Source: Sinorhizobium meliloti
GTDB taxonomy: Bacteria > Pseudomonadota > Alphaproteobacteria > Rhizobiales > Rhizobiaceae
Direction of reading: 5' to 3'
Assembly (NCBI RefSeq): GCF_017876815.1
Contig: NZ_JAGIOS010000003.1
Coordinates: 210,001 to 242,000 of the forward strand
DNA length: 32,000 nucleotides
Part shown: positions 8,960 to 17,982 of the stretch, piece after piece
Numbering within the stretch: the first letter of the stretch is position 1
Layout of the letters: every line of letters begins with the position of its first letter
The notes under the pieces: model-generated
The model's database searches: none
Seen by the model: the letters and a program-made list of their open reading frames with translations, nothing else
Told to the model about the DNA's origin: nothing
Position numbers and translations under genes: made by a program

Positions 8960-9601
8960 CTACCGTTGCAGTTGATCCGCCGCTGAATCAACCAGACCAA
9001 GTCTCTCGGCGATCGACACAGTCTCCGCCAGCGACCGCGTACCAAGCTTCTCCATGAGGTTGTGACGGTGTGCCTTGACCGTTCGTTCGGATGTGCCGAG
9101 CGCTTGGGCGATCTGCTTATTGAGTTTACCGCGGACAATCAGGCCAAATACTTCGAACTCACGGGGCGTCAGGTTCGCCAGACGCCGCCGGAGTGCATGT
9201 TTACGATCCTGCTCTAAGCGCCGTAGCGCGTAGCGGCGCAACGCACGCCCGATGGTTTCCAACAGCACCTCCTTGGGGGTTGGCTTTTCCAAGAAATCTT
9301 CGGCACCAGCCTTCATCGCTTGGACGGTTGCCCTGATGTCGCCTCGTCCCGTCAGAAAGACGATCGGCAGCAGCGGCGCTTTCTCGGCGAGCCGGTCCTG
9401 CAGTTCCAGTCCGCTGAGACCGGGTAGACCAAGATCCAGCAGAACGCAGCCAGGCTCGCCGTCAGCGAATTGTGCGAGAAACTGATCGCCTGATTCATAG
9501 AGGGCCACGCGAAAACCGGAGGCCGCAAGCAACCGCCCGACCGCGGTGCGGAACGATTGGTCATCATCTACGATATGAACGATCGGCTCCAAATCATTCA
9601 C
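8960..9601 (-). CDS. FixJ/NarL (LuxR-type HTH) family response regulator
   Basis: Receiver domain (IVHIVDDDQSFR, VLLDLGLPGLSG, IVFLTGRGD, DFLEKP) plus LuxR HTH (LTPREFEVFGLIVRGKLNKQIAQALGTSERTVKAHRHNLMEKLG). The GTG start at 9601 sits in a GTGA overlap with the inferred ancestral kinase stop. The longer track ORF to 9757 overlaps the kinase. Confidence 0.9.
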   Translation of the reverse strand: MNDLEPIVHIVDDDQSFRTAVGRLLAASGFRVALYESGDQFLAQFADGEPGCVLLDLGLPGLSGLELQDRLAEKAPLLPIVFLTGRGDIRATVQAMKAGAEDFLEKPTPKEVLLETIGRALRRYALRRLEQDRKHALRRRLANLTPREFEVFGLIVRGKLNKQIAQALGTSERTVKAHRHNLMEKLGTRSLAETVSIAERLGLVDSAADQLQR

Positions 9602-11477
9602 CCATTTCGTGCGAGTGGCAGCACAACACGAAAGACCGCTCCGCCTCCAGGACGGTTGGCGGCCGAGATCTTGCGTAGGTCTCGACGATCGCACGCGCGA
9701 TGGAAAGGCCGAGTCCTGTCCCGGTTGGCTTGGTGGTATAGAACGGCTCGAAAACACTGGCGAGTCGCTCGTCGGGGATGCCGCGGCCCGTATCGGAAAT
9801 CGACAGCTCCACCTTGGATTCTGCCGTCAACCTCGTCTCGAGCAGGAGTCTCTTTTCGGTCGTTATCACCTCGAGCATTGCGTCCATGGCATTTGTCGCG
9901 AGATTGAGAATGACCTGCTGAACATGGACCCTGTCGGCCCGGACCGGCAGCTCGCGTGATGTCTGGCTGGAACTGACAACTACGCTCCTCCGCTCTGCCT
10001 CGCCACGCAGAATCCTGATCGCGCTCGTCGTCACGTCATTGAGATCGAACTCCTGCCAGTCGATCTCGCTTCGTTTCTTGAGCAGACCCCTGATGCGGGA
10101 GATGACGTCGTGGGCGCGCTGATCGTCGTCTTGAATATCCACCAGGATCTGTCCGATCAGTTCGAGGTCAGGCCTCTCCGACCGAAGAATGACCGCTGCC
10201 GCCTCGGCATTGCTGCGAATTGCACCAAGGGGCTGGTTGAGTTCATGCGCGATGGATGCCGAGAGCGCGCCCGCGGTCGCGGACTGGTTGAGATGAACGA
10301 CTTCGAGGAGACGATGGCGGGATTCGGTCTCCGCCGCCTGACGGCGGCGGCGTTCGATGAGCAGTCCGGCAATAACGGTGCCCTGGAACGTGATGACGGC
10401 AAGGGCGAAAACTGCGGCGAGCCAGTATTGTTCCCAGAAAGTCGGTTCTTTGAACATCTGGATTGCGCCTGCAGGAAGATTTCTCTCCGACAGCCCCCAA
10501 CGTTCGAGCTGTCTCGCATCGGCCACATAGGTTTGCGGAGACTCGAGATTGGAAATCGGTTTACCGGCAACGGCTTCAAGCGCGAGGTCAGCAACGGTCT
10601 TGCCCAGCGACTCGAACGTGACCACGCTGCCCCCGACAACACCGTAATCGATGTAAGTGAGGTACGGACCGTAGATCGGCGCGCCGGCAGTCTCCGCAAT
10701 TTGTTTGACCGCTTCACGAGGCATGAAATTGCGGCCGTCGCGATCCTTTAAGATCGTCAGTGCCAGGATGATGCTGTCACGGGGAACCTCGGCGGCCACC
10801 TTGGTGAACTCTTCGATCGTCAGGTCCTCCAGGTAGGTCGTTTCGTAATCCTTGGAAAAAGCCGCAAGATCGGCCCGCGCTCTAGAGAGCCAAGAACGAT
10901 CGAATTCGGATGATCCTCCGATTATGAAAAGATGGCGCGCCTCCGGCTGGAGTCCGCGGGCCATTTCCGCAGTCTTGACTATGTCAAACTCGCTGAAGGC
11001 TCCGACCACATCGTTGGGAAGGTCCATTTCTTCGGCGGTGGAGCTGCTGAAGCCGGCGACAATTATCTTTGCACTCGCGGCGAGCTCTCGGCGATTGGCC
11101 GAGATGAACCGCGCTGATACTTCGCCAAGTGCAATCACGACGTCGGGGCGGCGATCCGCATATTTGGCCGAAAGATATCTGGCCATGCGACCGATGTGCT
11201 CGGCTTCGGGAAACCTTGAAAGGTCGAGAAACTCGGAGAAGAGATCAATTCTAGCTTTGGTGGCCTGGAGCAGCCGTGTCCTAATGGCCTCGCCCGCGGC
11301 AGTTGTCGCGGCTAATCGTTCGTCATACGGGTAAAGGATTAACACCCGGGGGACATGGTCCCCGGTCTTCACGGCTGCAACTGGCGCGGCAGCAGAGGTT
11401 CCGAGAATAACACAGCAAGGAACCGCGTATCGCCCGAGCTGGCGCGATCGCGTCGTCCAATGGCGCTCCAAGCTCAT
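9594..11477 (-). CDS. Sensor histidine kinase with periplasmic solute-binding-protein-like sensor domain; last ~25 codons out of frame
   Basis: ATG at 11477 (MSLERHW…), signal/TM segment, large periplasmic domain (VLILYPYDERLAATTAAGEAIRTRL…), second TM (YWLAAVFALAVITFQGTVIAGLLI), H-box SASIAHELNQPLGAI, N-box NLATNAMDAM, G-boxes DTGRGI and GTGLGLSIA. The C-terminal tail only reads as a kinase in the -1 frame (see findings). Confidence 0.85.
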   Translation of the reverse strand: MSLERHWTTRSRQLGRYAVPCCVILGTSAAAPVAAVKTGDHVPRVLILYPYDERLAATTAAGEAIRTRLLQATKARIDLFSEFLDLSRFPEAEHIGRMARYLSAKYADRRPDVVIALGEVSARFISANRRELAASAKIIVAGFSSSTAEEMDLPNDVVGAFSEFDIVKTAEMARGLQPEARHLFIIGGSSEFDRSWLSRARADLAAFSKDYETTYLEDLTIEEFTKVAAEVPRDSIILALTILKDRDGRNFMPREAVKQIAETAGAPIYGPYLTYIDYGVVGGSVVTFESLGKTVADLALEAVAGKPISNLESPQTYVADARQLERWGLSERNLPAGAIQMFKEPTFWEQYWLAAVFALAVITFQGTVIAGLLIERRRRQAAETESRHRLLEVVHLNQSATAGALSASIAHELNQPLGAIRSNAEAAAVILRSERPDLELIGQILVDIQDDDQRAHDVISRIRGLLKKRSEIDWQEFDLNDVTTSAIRILRGEAERRSVVVSSSQTSRELPVRADRVHVQQVILNLATNAMDAMLEVITTEKRLLLETRLTAESKVELSISDTGRGIPDERLASVFEPFYTTKPTGTGLGLSIARAIVETYARSRPPTVLEAERSFVLCCHSHEMGE

Positions 11478-11810
11478 TGCCTTGCCCCCGAGAAGGTCAT
11501 CGACAAATAGCAAAGCCGCAGCGTCCTTACAACCGCCACTGCGTCGATCACAATCTGAAATAGTTGCCCCAAGGTACAATATCGCAGCAGCTCGCCGTGC
11601 GGTAGAGTGCTTTCCATGAGTGTCGTCCGCAACCCGCGGCGGACACTCTGGTCGGATGCCGTTCCCGATCGAAGGCGTCCGGATTTTCAAGTTACTCCAG
11701 TTGTTTCGATTGATTCCAATTTGAATACGCGACCGGCGACGCTCGTTTAAATTCCGCCGTGCGCCTGGGTGAATCACCGTTCGGCCGGAGATCTCAACGG
11801 AGGACTCGTA

Positions 11811-13478
11811 ATGAATCGCAGGCTCATGCGCAGCGTTGGAGCATTCGTTGCTTCAACCGTTCTATGGTGTACCGCATCCAGCCCTCAGGCTCAGGAAGCG
11901 CGACCAAAGCCCAACATTCTCTTCATTGTGTCCGACGACACCGGTTATGGAGATCTCGGGCCTTACGGCGGCGGCGAAGGTCGTGGGATGCCGACCCCGA
12001 ACATCGACAGGTTGGCGGACGAAGGCATGACCTTCTTTTCCTTCTACGCACAGCCGAGCTGCACGCCGGGCCGCGCCGCGATGCAGACCGGGCGCATTCC
12101 GAACCGCAGCGGCATGACGACGGTCGCCTTCCAGGGCCAAGGCGGTGGGTTGCCGGCAGCCGAATGGACGCTCGCTTCCGTCTTGAAGCGCGGTGGGTAC
12201 CAGACTTATTTCACCGGCAAGTGGCACCTCGGCGAAGCAGATTACGCGTTGCCGAATGCCCAGGGCTATGACGAAATGAAATACGTCGGCCTCTATCATC
12301 TCAATGCCTACACCTATGCCGATCCGACCTGGTTTCCCGATATGGACGCGGAAACACGGGCCCTGTTCCAGAAAGTGACGAAAGGCTCACTTTCCGGCAA
12401 GGCTGGCGGCGAGGTGACGGAAGACTTCAAAATCAACGGGCAATACGTCGATACACCTGTGATCGACGGGAAGCCGGGCGTTGTCGGCATCCCGTTCTTC
12501 GATGGGTATGTCGAAAAAGCGGCGATAGAATTCCTGGATGCCGCCGCCAAGAAACCGGATCAGCCATTCTTCATCAACGTCAACTTCATGAAGGTGCATC
12601 AGCCCAATCTTCCGGCTCCCGAATTCCAGCACAAGTCCCTGTCTAAGTCCAAATATGCCGACTCCGTCGTGGAGCTCGATACACGCATCGGCAGGATCCT
12701 GGACAAGCTGCGTGAAACCGGCATGGACAAGAACACCCTGGTTTTCTACACGACCGACAACGGCGCCTGGCAGGACGTCTACCCGGACGCCGGATACACG
12801 CCATTCCGTGGCACCAAGGGCACCGTACGCGAAGGCGGCAACCGGGTCCCTGCGATTGCGTTCTGGCCTGGCAAAATCCAGCCGGGCTCGAGGAGTCATG
12901 ATGTCGTCGGCGGTCTCGACCTGATGGCGACATTCGCTTCGGCCGCCGGCGTGCCCCTACCTGACAGGGATCGCGAGGACAAGCCGATCATTTTCGACAG
13001 CTACGACATGACGCCGGTTCTGCTCGGAACAGGCGAGTCGGCCCGGAAGAACTGGTTCTACTTCACAGAGAACGAGCTGACACCCGGAGCTGCGCGCGTC
13101 GGTCATTATAAGGCTGTTTTCAACCTGCGTGGTGACAATGGACAGGCGACCGGTGGCCTCGCCGTCGACACGAACCTGGGCTGGAAGGGTGCTCAATCCT
13201 ACGTGGCAATTGTGCCGCAGGTGTTCGATCTGTGGCAGGATCCGCAGGAGCGCTACGACGTCTTCATGAACAATTATACCGAGCACACCTGGTCTCTGGT
13301 CTCCATCTCCGCGGCGATCAAAGACCTCATGAAAACATACGTCGAGTACCCGCCGCGCAAGCTGCAGAGCATGGGGTACGACGGTCCGATCGAACTGTCC
13401 AAATATCAGATGTTGCAGTCGGTTCGGGAGCAATTCGAGAAGGAGGGTGTCCGCCTCGCAATGCCGACCGGCAACTAA
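11811..13478 (+). CDS. Arylsulfatase-family sulfatase (Cys-type, exported)
   Basis: ATG at 11811 lies 8-9 nt after GGAGG. Signal peptide MNRRLMRSVGAFVASTVLWCTASSPQAQE. Metal and active-site motifs NILFIVSDDTGYGDLG and SCTPGRAAMQTGR (CxPxR formylglycine motif). Confidence 0.9.
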   Translation: MNRRLMRSVGAFVASTVLWCTASSPQAQEARPKPNILFIVSDDTGYGDLGPYGGGEGRGMPTPNIDRLADEGMTFFSFYAQPSCTPGRAAMQTGRIPNRSGMTTVAFQGQGGGLPAAEWTLASVLKRGGYQTYFTGKWHLGEADYALPNAQGYDEMKYVGLYHLNAYTYADPTWFPDMDAETRALFQKVTKGSLSGKAGGEVTEDFKINGQYVDTPVIDGKPGVVGIPFFDGYVEKAAIEFLDAAAKKPDQPFFINVNFMKVHQPNLPAPEFQHKSLSKSKYADSVVELDTRIGRILDKLRETGMDKNTLVFYTTDNGAWQDVYPDAGYTPFRGTKGTVREGGNRVPAIAFWPGKIQPGSRSHDVVGGLDLMATFASAAGVPLPDRDREDKPIIFDSYDMTPVLLGTGESARKNWFYFTENELTPGAARVGHYKAVFNLRGDNGQATGGLAVDTNLGWKGAQSYVAIVPQVFDLWQDPQERYDVFMNNYTEHTWSLVSISAAIKDLMKTYVEYPPRKLQSMGYDGPIELSKYQMLQSVREQFEKEGVRLAMPTGN

Positions 13479-13483
13479 GCGTG

Positions 13484-13512
13484 CGGCGGCCCGGATCAGG
13501 CCCGGGCCGCCG
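13484..13512 (+). terminator. Perfect 11-bp GC stem-loop between the sulfatase and HAD genes (no U-tract)
   Basis: cggcggcccgg (13484..13494) pairs perfectly with ccgggccgccg (13502..13512) across a 7-nt loop, atcaggc. It is followed by tgttcc, so it is not a canonical intrinsic terminator. Confidence 0.3.
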
Positions 13513-13560
13513 TGTTCCGGGACGGACCTGACCTTCGCACAGACCTTTGGAGGACGCCCA

Positions 13561-14574
13561 ATGTTCGCAGTTCATGATTTCCTGAAATCCGCCCAACGTG
13601 GCGCGGTGGCGGTTGCCGCTGCACTTCTCCTTGTCACTTCAGCAAAGGCGCAGAGCGATCCGTTGCCTTCGTGGAATGACACCGCCCCGAAAGCGGCCAT
13701 CGTGGCCTTCGTCGAGAAGGTGACCACCGAGAACTCGCCCGACTTCGTTCCGGAGCCGGAGCGCATAGCCGTCTTCGACAATGACGGCACGTTGTGGGTC
13801 GAGCATCCAATGTACACCCAGCTCGCCTTCGCGCTCGACCGCGTGAAGGCTGAGGCTGCGGCCCATCCGGAATGGAAGAACAAACAGCCGTTCAAGGCGG
13901 TACTCGAGGGCGACATGAAGGCGCTCGCGGCAGCGGGCGAAAAGGGTCTCGTAGAACTCATCATGGAGACCCATGCGGATATGACCCACGATGAGTTCCA
14001 GAAGGTCGTCTCCGAATGGATCGCCACCGCGCGTGATCCGAAATTCAACAAACTCTATACCGAGCTCGTCTACCAGCCGATGCTTGAATTGCTTGCCTAT
14101 CTTCGCGCCAATGGCTTCAAGACCTTCATCGTATCGGGTGGCGGCATCGAGTTTGTGCGGCCCTGGGCCGAACAGGTCTACGGCGTTCCGCCCGAACAGG
14201 TCGTAGGCTCCTCGATCAAGACGCAGTTCGAGATGCGTGACGGGCTGCCCACCCTGTTCCGCCTGCCACAGGTCAACTTCATCGACGACAAGGCAGGCAA
14301 ACCTGTTGGGATCAACGCGCATATTGGCCGCCGACCGATCGCCGCTTTCGGCAATTCCGACGGCGATCTGGAAATGCTGCAATGGACGACCATGACCGGT
14401 GGGAGCGTCCGTTTCGGGATGATAATTCATCACACCGACGCAGACCGCGAATACGCGTACGACCGCAAGAGCGAATTCGGCCGCCTCGACAAGGCGCTTG
14501 ATGCGGCGGCGATAAACAATTGGACAGTGGTCGACATGAAGGCGGACTGGAAAGAGATCTTTCTGGAGAAATAA
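13561..14574 (+). CDS. HAD-superfamily hydrolase (HAD-IB/phosphatase-like), exported
   Basis: ATG at 13561 follows GGAGG. Signal peptide …AVAVAAALLLVTSAKAQ. HAD motif I VFDNDGTLW (DxDxT), motif II FIVSGGG, motif IV FGNSDGDLEML. Confidence 0.85.
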   Translation: MFAVHDFLKSAQRGAVAVAAALLLVTSAKAQSDPLPSWNDTAPKAAIVAFVEKVTTENSPDFVPEPERIAVFDNDGTLWVEHPMYTQLAFALDRVKAEAAAHPEWKNKQPFKAVLEGDMKALAAAGEKGLVELIMETHADMTHDEFQKVVSEWIATARDPKFNKLYTELVYQPMLELLAYLRANGFKTFIVSGGGIEFVRPWAEQVYGVPPEQVVGSSIKTQFEMRDGLPTLFRLPQVNFIDDKAGKPVGINAHIGRRPIAAFGNSDGDLEMLQWTTMTGGSVRFGMIIHHTDADREYAYDRKSEFGRLDKALDAAAINNWTVVDMKADWKEIFLEK

Positions 14575-14724
14575 GACTGCGCATCCGCCGGTTCCGCGCC
14601 TTCCACGAGAGGAGTCCTGGTGAAAGTAGTTTGGATGAAGCCGCCGCGGGTTTCGGGCAGGTCTCTGGCCCAAATCTTGGGTCGTGCGTTCTGGCTCAGC
14701 GCGCGCGATCTGCCAGGATGGTGG

Positions 14725-17028
14725 ATGCGAGCCGTTCGATCGTGCGTGTGCAACAGCCGAGCGGCAGTTCTTTGGACAGTGGTATTCTGTTCCCTCGCTG
14801 CGCTGACAGGAAGTGTGGCTGCTTCCGAAAACTCCAAAACCTCCATGGCCGACCCGCTGATCGCAGTTCATGACGGTTTCGTGGACGAGAAAACCTGCTC
14901 ATCGTGCCACGCCGATCAGGCTGCCGCCTTCGCCAAGTCGCATCACGCAAAGGCGATGACTGTCGCCGACGACAAGTCGGTGCTGGGCAACTTCAACAAT
15001 ATCCAGTTCGATCGCGATGGCGTTGCCGCATCGTTTTTCCGCCGGGACGATCGCTTCTTTGTCCGCACCGAAGGGCCAGACGGCAAGCAGGCGGACTACG
15101 AAGTTAAATATACGTTCGCCTATGAGCCTCTCCAGCAGTATCTAGTCGATCTCGGCGGCGGCAGGTTGCAGGCTCTAGACATTGCCTGGGACACACAAAA
15201 GCGGGAATGGTTCTGGCTTGGTGAAGGCAGTGCGGCAAAACCCGGCTCAACCTTTCACTGGACGGGTTCATTCTATCGTTGGAACCGCACCTGCATCGAC
15301 TGTCATTCCACCGATCCGCGGACCAATTTCGAGCCGCAGTCGAACGAATATAATTCGTCTTATGTGGCCACCAGCATTGGCTGCCAGTCCTGCCATGGGG
15401 GCGGTGCGAAGCATGTCGAATGGGTGAGAGCCAAAGCGGCAAATGCTTCAACGGCGGCGGCAGATCCCGGCCTCGCAAAGGTCGACACGAACACCTGCTT
15501 CGCCTGTCATGCCCGCCGCACTAGGCTGGTCGATCGGTATCAACCGGGGGGACACTTTCTCGATCAGTTTTCCCCTGCATTGCTTCGCAGCGACCTCTAT
15601 TTTCCGGACGGGCAGATCCTGGACGAGGTTTTCGAATACGGTTCCTTCCAGCAAAGCAAGATGGCAATGGCAGGCGTCACCTGTTTCGACTGCCACCGAC
15701 CGCACGAGGGTACCGTCAAGGCCGAGGGCAATGGATTATGCACGCAGTGCCACGCCGAGACTGCCCCGGAACGTTTTGCAGGCAACGATCCGAGCGGCGC
15801 GTTCGACACCCATGCACACACGCATCATCCCCAAGGCTCACCTGGCGCTCTTTGCGCCAATTGTCACATGCCGGAACGGACCTACATGAAGGTCGATCCC
15901 CGACGCGATCATTCCTTTGTCACTCCTCGCCCTGACCTTTCCGCACTCTACGGAACGCCGAATGCCTGCATCTCGTGCCATACGGGCCAAACGAATGCCT
16001 GGGCGTCCGAGCACCTGGACAGGTGGTATGGCAAGGCCTGGCGTGAACGCCCGACGATTGCGCATGCATTCGCGCGAGCCGCGCAGAACGATGTTGCCGC
16101 GATTGAGAATCTGCGCAGATTTGTGACCGATCGGGAACAGCCGGGCATCGTCAGGGGCAGCGCGATCGGTGAAATGACAAGGCTCGATGGAGCAGCCACC
16201 GCCGCGGACGTCAGAGTGGCAGCGGGCGATCCCGATCCGATCGTCAGGTTGGGCGCGGCGGAGGCGGCTGCCAATTTGTCAGCTGACCGGCGATTGGACG
16301 CGATCGGCTTCCTGCTTGCGGACGAGACCCGAGCTGTCCGAGTGGCCGCCGCCAGGGTTCTTGGCGCCACGCCGTCACTGGACCTTCTCGGCGCTCAACG
16401 CGGCGCTTTCGACGCCGCACTCGACGATTTGGGTGCCTATGCAGAGGCTAACGCGGACGTCGCCGAGACGCAGAGCACCTACGGATCCATACTCTTCGGC
16501 CAAGGGCGCACGGACGAGGCGGAAAAGGCTCTCCGCCAAGCGATCGTTCTTGATCCCACGCTTTCTGGTGCGCACATCAATCTTGCCGAGTTCTATCGCG
16601 CCACCGGTGACAGTGAGAAATCCGAGCAGGCTTACGCCGAGGCGATAGCCGCGAATCCGGATCGGGCCGATCTTCGCTACGGACACGGCTTGTCGCTCGT
16701 TCGCCTAAAGGCCTTGCCGGACGCAATTGAGGAACTCACGGCGGCCATGCGATTGGATCCTGGCAACTCCCATTACAGGACGACGGCAGCGATCGCGCTT
16801 GATTCCATGGGCCGAACGGATGATGCCTTCGCTCTGTTCGGCCCGACCATCGCAGGGGGTGCAACTGAGGCCAACCTGCTCGGCACTGCCATTCAGCTCG
16901 GGCTTAAACTTGGCCGCTATGCCGAGACGCTTAAGTTTGCGGAGGCGCTCGCTCGTCTTCAGCCGAACGATCCACAGCTCGAAGAACTTGTCGGGCAATT
17001 ACAGGATGCTGTTCAACATGGCAGATAA
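14725..17028 (+). CDS. Octaheme c-type cytochrome fused to HEAT/TPR repeats, exported
   Basis: Eight CXXCH motifs: CSSCH, CIDCH, CQSCH, CFACH, CFDCH, CTQCH, CANCH, CISCH. The C-terminal half has HEAT-like repeats (DPDPIVRLGAAEAAA, ETRAVRVAAARVLG) and TPR-like repeats (…AEKALRQAIVLDPTLSGAHINLAEFY…AYAEAIAANPDRADLRYGHGLSL…). The start is uncertain: GTG 14620, ATG 14635 or ATG 14725. The last gives a signal peptide MRAVRS…LTGSVAASE. Confidence 0.85.
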   Translation: MRAVRSCVCNSRAAVLWTVVFCSLAALTGSVAASENSKTSMADPLIAVHDGFVDEKTCSSCHADQAAAFAKSHHAKAMTVADDKSVLGNFNNIQFDRDGVAASFFRRDDRFFVRTEGPDGKQADYEVKYTFAYEPLQQYLVDLGGGRLQALDIAWDTQKREWFWLGEGSAAKPGSTFHWTGSFYRWNRTCIDCHSTDPRTNFEPQSNEYNSSYVATSIGCQSCHGGGAKHVEWVRAKAANASTAAADPGLAKVDTNTCFACHARRTRLVDRYQPGGHFLDQFSPALLRSDLYFPDGQILDEVFEYGSFQQSKMAMAGVTCFDCHRPHEGTVKAEGNGLCTQCHAETAPERFAGNDPSGAFDTHAHTHHPQGSPGALCANCHMPERTYMKVDPRRDHSFVTPRPDLSALYGTPNACISCHTGQTNAWASEHLDRWYGKAWRERPTIAHAFARAAQNDVAAIENLRRFVTDREQPGIVRGSAIGEMTRLDGAATAADVRVAAGDPDPIVRLGAAEAAANLSADRRLDAIGFLLADETRAVRVAAARVLGATPSLDLLGAQRGAFDAALDDLGAYAEANADVAETQSTYGSILFGQGRTDEAEKALRQAIVLDPTLSGAHINLAEFYRATGDSEKSEQAYAEAIAANPDRADLRYGHGLSLVRLKALPDAIEELTAAMRLDPGNSHYRTTAAIALDSMGRTDDAFALFGPTIAGGATEANLLGTAIQLGLKLGRYAETLKFAEALARLQPNDPQLEELVGQLQDAVQHGR

Positions 17029-17144
17029 ATACTTCCGTTTTGTGGCTCCTTTGGGTTGCTGGAACGAAGGTTTTATTATGATCGGCGTTTATGCACCCAT
17101 TCTGCCGTTGCTGTTGCGCGTCATTACTGCCGCTACGCGAAGCG

Positions 17145-17573
17145 CGCTGGAAGAACATGAGTCGCGACTGGGTGATCGACAAAGTTCACTATCAACGTCG
17201 CCTACGATTCCGATGTCGCCAAAGTGAAGAAAGTGGTGAAGGGTGTTGGGGCCACGCTGCTTGAGCACTCGCACCGCTGATCATCGAAACGGTGAAGATG
17301 AGGGGCGTGGAGCAGTTCGGTGACTACGGCATCATGCTGGGCTTCGCCATGACCACTAGGCCCGGTCATCAGACCCAGGTTCGGCGCCGTGCGAAGGCTC
17401 TGATCAAGGACGCGTTCAAGAAACATGGCATTCACTTCGCTTCGCCGACAGCCCAGGTTGCGGGGAACGAGGCGCAATCGTCAATGGCGGCTGCAGCCAC
17501 AACTCGCGGTACGATTGCCAAGAAGAACGCCGCCTTGGCTGCGCAAGAGGGAGGTGAGGCAGCGGCCGAGTAG
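17145..17573 (+). pseudogene. C-terminal remnant of an MscS-family mechanosensitive channel (5'-truncated, at least 2 frameshifts)
   Basis: KNMSRDWVIDK, then KFTINVAYDSDVAKVKKVVKGVGATLLEHSHR(stop), then PLIIETVKMRGVEQFGDYGIMLGFAMTTRPGHQ…FKKHGIHFASPT, read in three different frames. These match the conserved MscS C-terminal beta/alpha-beta domains. The transmembrane part is absent. Confidence 0.65.
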
Positions 17574-17982
17574 TCTGCTATATACGGTAAGCGTGGCTTG
17601 ACGGCCGCCTCCCGTCCCTGTCCTAGAGTGGGATATTGGTCTACCAAGGCTAAGTGGGCACTATCGCGGCATCTGGTGTCGGGGAATGAGCGAGACGGCG
17701 AGCGAGGTTGCCCCATCTTTCGGCGATCTGGCGTCCAAGATCCTTGCACTACGAAAGAGACCAGTCTGAAACGCTTCTTGACGTCTGCGCCGTATAAGCT
17801 ACAACTTGTCCTTGCGGCGTGACCACCTCTCCTCCTGAAGCGGGATGATCGTCATGTGTCAAAAAACCCCTGGATCGCGGCAGTTGGCGCGTTGCAATGC
17901 TGTAGTGCATGCGGTCACTCGCGCCGAAGCGTTGTTCCTTCTTGCGCGCCCCGTTTTCACTTTGCTTCGCTCAGGCAGAGAA

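Noticed and set aside
13639-14871. 410-aa ORF antisense to the HAD hydrolase gene. Similar long shadow ORFs occur at 10110..10751, 10157..10717, 7110..7805, 12387..12899, 17859..18404 and 19333..19929.
   Set aside because: They lie opposite or out of frame to genes with clear domain signatures, are Arg/Gly/Pro-rich low-complexity translations typical of GC-rich DNA, and lack SD sequences and recognisable motifs.
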